DNA of 36,139 nucleotides from Aduncisulcus paluster (lineage: Eukaryota): NCBI GenBank assembly GCA_024181965.1, contig BQXS01012625.1:1-36139 (forward strand), read 5' to 3'. The notes below the pieces were generated by a model. That model was not told where the DNA came from and ran no database searches. It saw only the letters and a list, made by a program, of their open reading frames with translations. Shown here piece after piece: positions 1 through 7,935 of this stretch; positions within the stretch are counted from its first letter, which is position 1; every line of letters begins with the position of its first letter. The position numbers were made by a program, and so were the translations under genes.

Positions 1-3000
1 TTCGTCATCCTTCGCACTCACATACTTGCCATCAGCACACCAACTCTTGGCAAACGCACTCACACTGCCTCCAACACAGAACTCCATCAGGAAGCCATAT
101 ACACCCTTCATATCGGAATCAAGCAGGTCAAGGATATACAGAGGACGTGGGATACGGTTGAAACACTTGGGATTATTGAACAACTTGAGTTGCACTTTAA
201 ACTCCTTCCGACACCCTTTCACAACAGTTTTGTCCGCAATCCGAAGCATCTTCTTCAGAACACATGGGAAAGGAATGCCATCAACTTTCACAAGAAGAAC
301 CTCTCCGAATCCACCATGACCAATGATGCACTGTGAAGTGATGGTGGATGCAGAAGTCAGGGTTAGCGAGTCGTGCTTAGGTTTGGGCTTGGACTTAGTT
401 TCCTCCTGGGTATCTTCTGAAGATGAATCCTTATCCTTTCCTTTGATGATTTTTTCTTCTTCTTCCACTTCCTGTTTGGTTTCATCACTCTCATCGGTAC
501 TATGCATATATGGGGTATCCACTGAATGGATGTGTGGATCGTGAAAAGGAGTATCTTGAGTCTGCCTTAACTCCCTGTTTGCTGACCTGAAATCCTTTCC
601 ATTTACCACAACATTCTTGCCATCCAATTTATACACAACAAATTTCACACATTCATCAAGCAAGAAATAATCGGCAAAATCTTTGACATTTTGATGATCT
701 AAGAATTTGTTCACAATAAAACATGCGTCAGGAACACCTTTTGTAGCGACTTTAATCCTCATTTTCCCATCTTCATCAGTGAACTTTGGGATGACATCAG
801 GATCTAACTTTCTCAAAAAGTTCTTTACATATCCCTTAATCTCACTTCTAGAACCCAGTTTCTTCCGGTACTTCTTTCTGATACCAACTAAAAGTTCAGA
901 GTCATTTCGAACTTCAGGCCATTCATCTTTCTCTCCATCCTTCACAAATTTCGTTATGGAATCAATATCACAGTCTACTTGAGAGGGTATATAAGTATCC
1001 ATTCGGACAAGATTAGGCCTAAATCCATTTTTGGGATGTGATAAATGAATATCCCAAGGATCTGCTTTCTTTTCCTCGAAAGAATCATGGGGCATCCTAA
1101 CCATTACTGAGGGTGAAGTGCTCCGTTTCGTATGTACAGAGCTAAATTTAAGAAAAGTTTCACAATCTTGATGTCGAGTTTCTTCTTCCTCTTCAGATTC
1201 ATCCTTGTAATATCTTTCTCCACGATAATGATGATGATGCGATTGAGGGATAGGTGAAATTCTATGTCTTTTCTTTCTTTCGTTCAGTTGTCCAATAATT
1301 GTGGTGTTATTGTGGTGTTTAAGGCGATCATCATGAATATCTTCTCTAGGTCTTGATCTATAATCCTTCCCCTTTATCACAACATTCTTACCATCCAATT
1401 TAAAAACAACATACTCAACACATTCCTCAAGCAAAAATAGTTGAAAAAACTCTTTAACGTTTTGGGGATTTATGAAATTGGATAATTTGAAACAAAAATC
1501 GGGAACATCCTTCATAGATAATTTCATTATCATTTCAGGTCTTTCCCCATCAGTGAATTTAGATCGCAAATCAGAATCTAACTTCCCCAAAAAATTCTGT
1601 AAATTATCCGTAATCTTTCTTCTAGAATTTAAGGTATCCCAAAATTCCTTTCTAATACCAATTAAAAGCATATTTTCACCTCGAACTTCAGGCCATTCAT
1701 CTTTTTCTTCGATTAGAGTGGATGGATCCTCTAATATCCAAGGAGTTTCTTTTTTCTTCAGTCCAAAAAATGCCTTTCTTCTCTCTATCTGCTGCTCGGT
1801 CAAACGAGTTTTTTTGGAAGATGAAGAACAAATAGGTCCCGAGAGAGATTTTTTCCCCGATAACGAGGGGGAAACAGATTCAACGGGTGAATGAAAATCC
1901 AAATCAATCCGAGGAACAAAATTTAATTTATAAGTTCTCCTTTTCTCGATACCTTCGGAAGAAACTGATTTAAACGTTAAGATGCAATATCCCTCACTAA
2001 GACAATGGGAGGCGTTGTGGAGATTTGAAAAGACGACGGAATATGTAGTGTCGTTTATCCGTTTAAAATATTCTAATCTACCCCTTTTAACACATTCTGA
2101 ACTAACTACGTAGGCAGGAACCCTTGAATCAGTTACTACAAGAACATTTTGGGAATGACAAAACTTTCCTTGGAATTCAGGGGAAATTGAACTACCTCGG
2201 AAATAATTCATAAGGTAGTAGGCTGCGATTATCCCAAAAAAATTAGCACAAAAATATTTATGCGAATGGTGATGCAATGATGTTGGTTTTTTTGTTTGTT
2301 TGATTTGAAGCATATCAAAAGCATTCTTTGGACAATTTGGAATACCTTTTCCCTTAAACATTGGATAGTATTCAGCCTTCTGAGCTCTTGTTGCATGCTT
2401 ATAAAATGAAGTATCTTCAAANNNNNNNNNNNNNNNNNNNNACAAGAACATTTTGGGAATGACAAAACTTTCCTTGGAATTCAGGGGAAATTGAACTACC
2501 TCGGAAATAATTCATAAGGTAGTAGGCTGCGATTATCCCAAAAAAATTAGCACAAAAATATTTATGCGAATGGTGATGCAATGATGTTGGTTTTTTTGTT
2601 TGTTTGATTTGAAGCATATCAAAAGCATTCTTTGGACAATTTGGAATACCTTTTCCCTTAAACATTTGATAGTATTCAGCCTTCTGAGCTCTTGTTGCAT
2701 GCTTATAAAATGAAGTATCTTCAAAAGAACAAACTTTAACCTGGCTCCCTGGTAGAATAAAATCTGATGCGTAATAATTTTTATCTAAAGGATAAAGAGG
2801 AATTCCATCTGTGATGATTGGGCGTTTTGGTATCTTTTCAGCATGGATTTTGCCAAATATCTTGACCTTTTCATCCTGAGTCATTATTTTTGAACATATG
2901 ATCACATCTGGCACAACAATCTTCAGAGTCTTAATAATTGGGCCAACATGAAGAAAATGATAAATTTCTCTTTGTTGTTCTAAGAATTTATAATCTGTAG

Positions 3001-3148
3001 ACTTGAGAAGAATGATATATGACTCTGTTCCGAAAGGAATTTTTTCGAGACTTATCCTCTTTTGACTTGGGGATTTAATATCTTCAAAATGTTCATGATA
3101 TAGATGTTTTGGAATTCCATATAAGATTAGATAATATGTCTCGGACAT
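1..3148 (-). CDS. Multidomain protein with a C-terminal Ser/Thr protein kinase domain; runs off the window start (3'-truncated)
   Basis: Manual minus-strand translation from ATG 3148 (MSETYYLILYGIP...) is stop-free to position 1 once the 304-nt gap duplication is removed (948 codons in the window). The kinase N-lobe starts at ~330: IIGHGGFGEVLLVKVDGIPFPCVLKKML (Gly-rich loop, subdomain II Lys), RKEFKVQ (alphaC Glu), YGFLMEFCVGGSV (hinge). The catalytic loop and DFG lie outside the window. Confidence 0.9.
583..1707 (-). repeat. Two diverged ~118-aa domain copies within the kinase gene (1354-1707 and 583-933)
   Basis: EKDEWPEVRGENMLLIGIRK...FLLEECVEYVVFKLDGKNVVIKGKDYRS versus EKDEWPEVRNDSELLVGIRK...FLLDECVKFVVYKLDGKNVVVNGKDFRS; roughly 55% identity by hand alignment. 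Confidence 0.9.
2138..2725. other. Scaffold gap (20 N, 2422-2441) with a duplicated flank; assembly overlap artefact
   Basis: 2138-2421 equals 2442-2725 (284 bp; one mismatch seen, G2363 vs T2667). Collapsing the copies restores one reading frame. Confidence 0.9.
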
Positions 3149-3883
3149 GACGTCAAGATGTAATTTTCTAGATTTTCTGTGAGGAATAGTAACATTGATA
3201 AGAGGATTAAAATTTAATAATGAAAAAAGAAGATAATCGCAATTGCAATTTATTAGTTTTGAAATAGATCACGTTTATTTGTTAGATCAAATTTCCGTTT
3301 TATCCCGTTGAAGATCGGCTGCAGCCGCGAGAAAACAACGCCTTTCTTTATTTTTCTTCGAAAGAATTTTATTTATTTGACCGTCAAATATTCCCCCGCC
3401 TAATTTCCCCAATATAATTTTCACAAGACTTTCTAAGTGTAAAAATTAATTTGAACACCATGAAATAAATACACCCCGATTTTCACAAGACCAATTCGAT
3501 TTCCAACTCTGATTGACTCACAGAGTATTGGCAACGACAGATCCTGAGATAAGTACAGGATATAGTCATCTAGTATAAGGAGTTAGAAGGATATAGAATC
3601 ATATTATTATTGGCGTTCGTTTATGTATTTGGTTATTGAGTTGATTTTTTGGCTTTTCAATACGATCTGAGGATGGTACCAAAAACAATCGAACTTATCT
3701 AATTTATAATAAGTCATAAATAAGCAAATACACTCATGAGAGTTTAAAAACAAACATACTCGAGGAAATAATTCATTTTACATTATGATGGTCGATGCAT
3801 ACCAATTGAATTCATCACTCTTGAGAGATCAAATACATAAAGACGAATGATAATGATCGCACCAATCACGCAATTTAATACAT

Positions 3884-5014
3884 TCAAAGCGATCCTCTTT
3901 CTTCATATTCCTTCCTTGAGACAGCCATCTTGCTAAAACAATGGGTTACAGAAGCGTATATAGATATTCCCATGTATGAAGCAATATCTCTCTCTGGTTT
4001 GGCAATAACTTTAGGTCTCGTGGGCAAATGGTCAGAAATAAGGCTTAAATCGCCATGAATACGATCATCGAGCCCTGGAAACATCGAGCTACCACCACAC
4101 AGACATATACAAGAAGTCAATTCTTTCTGGTAGGGAATATCGAGCGAAAGAATGCTCCCAAGAATACACTCTGGGATAGTTTTATACTCCTTTCGCCCAA
4201 TAAATAACCTAGAATTCCTAACGGATGATGGGGGCACATCGTATTCCGGGAAGAAAGACTCAACACATTTCCACCGAGAATCATTCAATCGGATGACCTT
4301 TCCATCAGGCAATTCATACTCAATGGATGGTGGTTTAGCTTCATGGGGAGTTGCTCTGCTTGAAGCACAAACACCAAGCATCGTTTTGATAAGTTCCAGT
4401 TCAACAGAGGAGGGCGAGAAAGTAGGATCTTCTTCTTTCATCAAGGAACGCAATGAGTTGCTAACATTATGGCCACCAATGGAAATATTTCTTGAGGCAT
4501 GCGACATTTCATAACTCTCAAATACAGGACAGATACTGGTGCTTCGATACCCCATAATAACAACCAAACCAGTGGTAGCACCAATAGAAGCAAGCGACAT
4601 CACAGATTCAGGTTGAAATAATACATTAGGAACACGAAGCTTTTCAAAAAGGATTTCAGCTGAACGTTTCATAAATTCATCAGCATGTAAAAAAGGAACG
4701 CTAATGGCAAATGGATGTTCGGGTGTAACCTCTAATTTAGATATAATATGCTCATAAAATGAACTGATATCTTCCCAATTAATACCAGAAGAAGAATATG
4801 GCCTTGAAATGGTTAATCCATAAGCTGAAGAACTTTTCTCGGCCTCCTCACCAAAAAATACAGATCGTTTAAGAGTAGAAGAACCTTGCCCCGCTTTTGA
4901 TGCTTGTTTTCCGAGTAAAGTTTTAATTATAAGCTTTGGAGTGGTAGATCCAGCAAAACCACATTTGAAGGAATAACAACCAGGGTTAAGAATAATAGGT
5001 AAAATATATGACAT
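3884..5014 (-). CDS. Divergent actin-related protein (actin/Arp family), 376 aa
   Basis: Actin-family signatures: FKCGFAG...PK, AEILFEKLRVP, YELPDGKVIRL, ICLCGGSSMFPGLDDRI, SRKEYEERG. Length is actin-like. The subfamily cannot be assigned by eye. Confidence 0.9.
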   Translation of the reverse strand: MSYILPIILNPGCYSFKCGFAGSTTPKLIIKTLLGKQASKAGQGSSTLKRSVFFGEEAEKSSSAYGLTISRPYSSSGINWEDISSFYEHIISKLEVTPEHPFAISVPFLHADEFMKRSAEILFEKLRVPNVLFQPESVMSLASIGATTGLVVIMGYRSTSICPVFESYEMSHASRNISIGGHNVSNSLRSLMKEEDPTFSPSSVELELIKTMLGVCASSRATPHEAKPPSIEYELPDGKVIRLNDSRWKCVESFFPEYDVPPSSVRNSRLFIGRKEYKTIPECILGSILSLDIPYQKELTSCICLCGGSSMFPGLDDRIHGDLSLISDHLPTRPKVIAKPERDIASYMGISIYASVTHCFSKMAVSRKEYEERGSL

Positions 5015-5175
5015 ATGCAGCTAAAATTAATTGAATTTAATAGATGGTATTAATTGAAATACTTCTGGGTTGCCCAGAAACGATGGATACTTGCTATTGG
5101 GTGATTCAATCGTATATTCACCAAGATAGTAATGTTATGAAGAGTTCAACAAATAAACTATTAAATTTTATGTTT

Positions 5176-5439
5176 TTATTCTTTCTTTTGGAATTCAGAC
5201 AGATCAACCAACATCACAGCACCATCATCACCAGCAGTGGCCAAATATGGAGCTTCATCCTGCTTAGCAATGACAAACACATCGTTAATCACATCAGCGT
5301 GTACGGGAATATGTTTCACAATCTTTGACAATGCCATTCTGGCCGGTATAAATGATTTATACCGGCCAGAAACGGTATCACTGACGATACAAACACCGTC
5401 CATTCCTATACACCAGAAATATCTTGCCATACACATTCT
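5176..5439 (-). CDS. WD40-repeat-like segment, probably the frameshifted C-terminus of the upstream gene
   Basis: YFWCIGMDGVCIVSDTVSG and KIVKHIPVHADVINDV...YLATAGDDGAVMLVDL match WD40 repeat patterns. The frame is open from 5439 (after TAG 5442-5440) to TAA at 5176. Confidence 0.65.
   Translation of the reverse strand, partial: RMCMARYFWCIGMDGVCIVSDTVSGRYKSFIPARMALSKIVKHIPVHADVINDVFVIAKQDEAPYLATAGDDGAVMLVDLSEFQKKE
5337..5371. repeat. Perfect inverted repeat with 17-bp arms and a 1-nt spacer
   Basis: TTCTGGCCGGTATAAAT-G-ATTTATACCGGCCAGAA, read directly from the sequence. Confidence 0.95.
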
Positions 5440-6957
5440 CTATCCTCTTTGATTCGACGGTCTATGAGTTGAGTGATGTCAGAAACAGCATTCGAGAGAG
5501 CAAGAGAAGGTGGTACAATTCCCTTCCAAATTGTACCACCTTCTCTTGTACTTTTTTTATCATGTTCTGAAGATTGGTGATAGAATTCTTTATCCTTTTT
5601 CTCACGATCAACATCATCGTATTGAAATTTGGGTGTTGATGACTCTTTTCTATCACTCAAAATCCGGACACTCCCCCTCTTCTTTTCTTGCGCCTCCTCT
5701 TCGCTAATGTGATGGGCAGCATGCATGTGTCCAGTGGTGAGGTGCCGATGTGATACTCTCCGTTTATGAGAGGAGTGAATAACGAGAGGAGGGGAGTGAG
5801 AGGAAGACGGAGTATGGAAGGAAGTAGGATCATGATGGTGGTACACTTGAACATCATCGTCCGAGTAAGGTTTAATCGCAACCGAATCACCCTGCTTTCC
5901 CATAGATGTCGAACGAGGGCGAGATTGAGAGGGTTTTGATATCATAGATTCGGCAGGTTCGGAATGNNNNNNNNNNNNNNNNNNNNCTCTTCTTTTCTTG
6001 CGCCTCCTCTTCGCTAATGTGATGGGCAGCATGCATGTGTCCAGTGGTGAGGTGCCGATGTGATACTCTCCGTTTATGAGAGGAGTGAATAACGAGAGGA
6101 GGGGAGTGAGAGGAAGACGGAGTATGGAAGGAAGTAGGATCATGATGGTGGTACACTTGAACATCATCGTCCGAGTAAGGTTTAATCGCAACCGAATCAC
6201 CCTGCTTTCCCATAGATGTCGAACGAGGGCGAGATTGAGAGGGTTTTGATATCATAGATTCGGCAGGTTCGGAATGTTTTGATCGTTTTTTATCATGGAA
6301 TGAGTGTGTTGGAGGCAATTTCCCAAATTCAAAATGAAATAGGTCATCATTATCATTATCTTTGGGAGAATGTACTTCCTGGTCACGCATATCCCCAAAA
6401 GATGTCATAAATGGCGACAATCCTAGTTTTTTCAGCATATCCGATGAAGTATCATGGGCGTCTGATGTTATTGGAGGTGATTTACAGATAGATGGAGTTT
6501 TGCGATGCTGAAGTGATGATACATGTTGGGATGTTGTGAGTAAAATAGGTGATCTAGCACGACTTTTTGATGATTCTTTGATTACAGATTGCAATACAAT
6601 TGGAGTTCTCCCTTGCTGTTGAGAGTGTCTGGAAAGAGATCGACTTTGCGAATTGGGTCGTTTTGGAATTGAATTAAGACTGTTTTCTGCTGAAAGTTCG
6701 AACCTTTCCTGAGGTTTCAATAGATCACTAACAGAAATAGTTTTTGATTGTTTAGAATGAGCAAACATCCCCTAATCAAATGTAAACAAAGAAATATAAT
6801 ATTATTCACAGATAAAAGAGAGTTACACCTACTATATGATGAAAAAGATGCACAAAACTCAAAAACTGTAGATAATCATCATATTGCAGAATACAAATAA
6901 ATTAAGTATCTAAATCACACATACCTTCGCATATCTTGCGTGATGAAGTTCTTTCAT
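5406..6957 (-). CDS. Two-exon hypothetical Ser/His-rich low-complexity protein (~362 aa to TAG 5406; may continue into the WD40 segment)
   Basis: Exon 1 6957-6925 (MKELHHARYAK) joins in frame to exon 2 at 6771 (GMFAHSKQ...). Track ORFs 5887..6768 and 5406..6200 become one frame after removing the 310-nt gap duplication. Confidence 0.7.
5677..6276. other. Scaffold gap (20 N, 5967-5986) with a duplicated flank; assembly overlap artefact
   Basis: 5677-5966 equals 5987-6276 (290 bp). Confidence 0.9.
6772..6924 (-). other. Putative 153-nt spliceosomal intron, phase 0
   Basis: Minus strand reads AAG|GTATGT ... TTTGATTAG|GGG ATG. The interior is AT/T-rich, and splicing joins an ATG-initiated 11-codon exon in frame. 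Confidence 0.65.
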
Positions 6958-7242
6958 TAAAAGCAAACAAGAATTTAGCGATAGAAATCATGAATACAAT
7001 GGCAAAACTATTTTCCGCCAAAGTCGAAAGGAGTGCGGTAGTGGAAAGAACAAAGCTTTGATTTTGCACAAAACATTGTCAAAAATAGCAAAATATAATT
7101 TTGATTATGTTCAATGTAAATTTTGTGCCAAAATAGCCGACAAAGAATGGATAATTTCGATTTGATCTGGATGTCAGTGTCCAACAACAAGTGCTGAGAT
7201 TTTGTCGATCTTTTTCTTCTTGATCATTACATCAATTCATAA
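6958..7242. promoter_or_regulatory. Probable bidirectional promoter between head-to-head genes
   Basis: 285 bp separate ATG 6957 (-) and ATG 7243 (+). The region contains an E2F-like TTTTCCGCCAAA at 7011-7022. Function is inferred from geometry only. Confidence 0.4.
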
Positions 7243-7878
7243 ATGGGAGTTTCTGTTTGGTTTTGGGTTCCAAATATAATTGATTATCTTCGTATAATTC
7301 TTCTTGTTGTGGCTTTCCTCTTTCCAGCTGAAAAATGTCTCTATACTGCTGCCATATATTGCGTTTCTGAATATTTGGATGCCTTCGATGGATATTTTGC
7401 GAGAAAATTGAACCAGACATCCCTTTTTGGTGAACTTCTCGACCTCTCAATTGACAGGGCCAGTACTGCTGTGCTTGCAATTAGAATTGCTTCATTGCAG
7501 CCCTCTCTTACCGGTCTCATGCAATTTATTATTGGATTGGATATTATTTCCCACTTTTTTGTCATGGTTACAACCTTTGTTCAAAAAAAGAAATCTCACA
7601 AAGATGTTTCAAGTGAGAAAAATCCTTTGATCCGTTTGTATTATTCATCTAGAACTTTCTTATTCCTCCTATGTGTTTTTAATGAAACATATATTATGGC
7701 CTTGTATGTGTACTATGCTTCTTCTGTTGAGACCCTGATAAACCTCATTGCTTTATGGACCCTCAGAATATGCTTTACCGGATTTGTGCTGAAACAGATT
7801 ATCAATGTTTTACAATGGCATAGTGCGGCAAAGGTTCTGATCGCTTCATCTTCAAAACAACAGAAGCTTGAAGAATAA
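7243..7878 (+). CDS. PIS1: CDP-diacylglycerol--inositol 3-phosphatidyltransferase (phosphatidylinositol synthase), 211 aa
   Basis: N-terminal VPNIIDYLRI; CDP-alcohol phosphotransferase motif LDAFDGYFARKLNQTSLFGELLDLSIDR; PIS-typical LDIISH, SHK, NPLIRLYY, LCVFNE and KQIINVLQ; several hydrophobic helices. Confidence 0.95.
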   Translation: MGVSVWFWVPNIIDYLRIILLVVAFLFPAEKCLYTAAIYCVSEYLDAFDGYFARKLNQTSLFGELLDLSIDRASTAVLAIRIASLQPSLTGLMQFIIGLDIISHFFVMVTTFVQKKKSHKDVSSEKNPLIRLYYSSRTFLFLLCVFNETYIMALYVYYASSVETLINLIALWTLRICFTGFVLKQIINVLQWHSAAKVLIASSSKQQKLEE

Positions 7879-7935
7879 ATATAAATTTGTTTAAATTATG
7901 AATTAATCAATTTCATCTTATGGGTTTCTTCAAAA

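Noticed and set aside
26-1894. Plus-strand ORFs 26..319, 323..544, 707..982 and 1472..1894
   Set aside because: Antisense shadows of the minus-strand kinase gene. The similarity between 707..982 and 1472..1894 only mirrors its duplicated domain.
2229-2724. Pair of near-identical short ORFs (78 and 63 aa) suggesting tandem small genes
   Set aside because: Off-frame by-products of the gap-flanking duplication.
3417-3492. Direct repeat ATTTTCACAAGAC twice in the intergenic region
   Set aside because: Only two short copies, with no array or element structure between them.
5021-5062. Possible 42-nt GTATTT..TTTTAG intron upstream of the Arp ATG (minus strand)
   Set aside because: The upstream in-frame segment has no ATG before a stop, and the protein already starts where actins start.
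5657-6200. Duplicated MIRLRLNLTR... ORFs
   Set aside because: Alternative-frame readings of the gap duplication.
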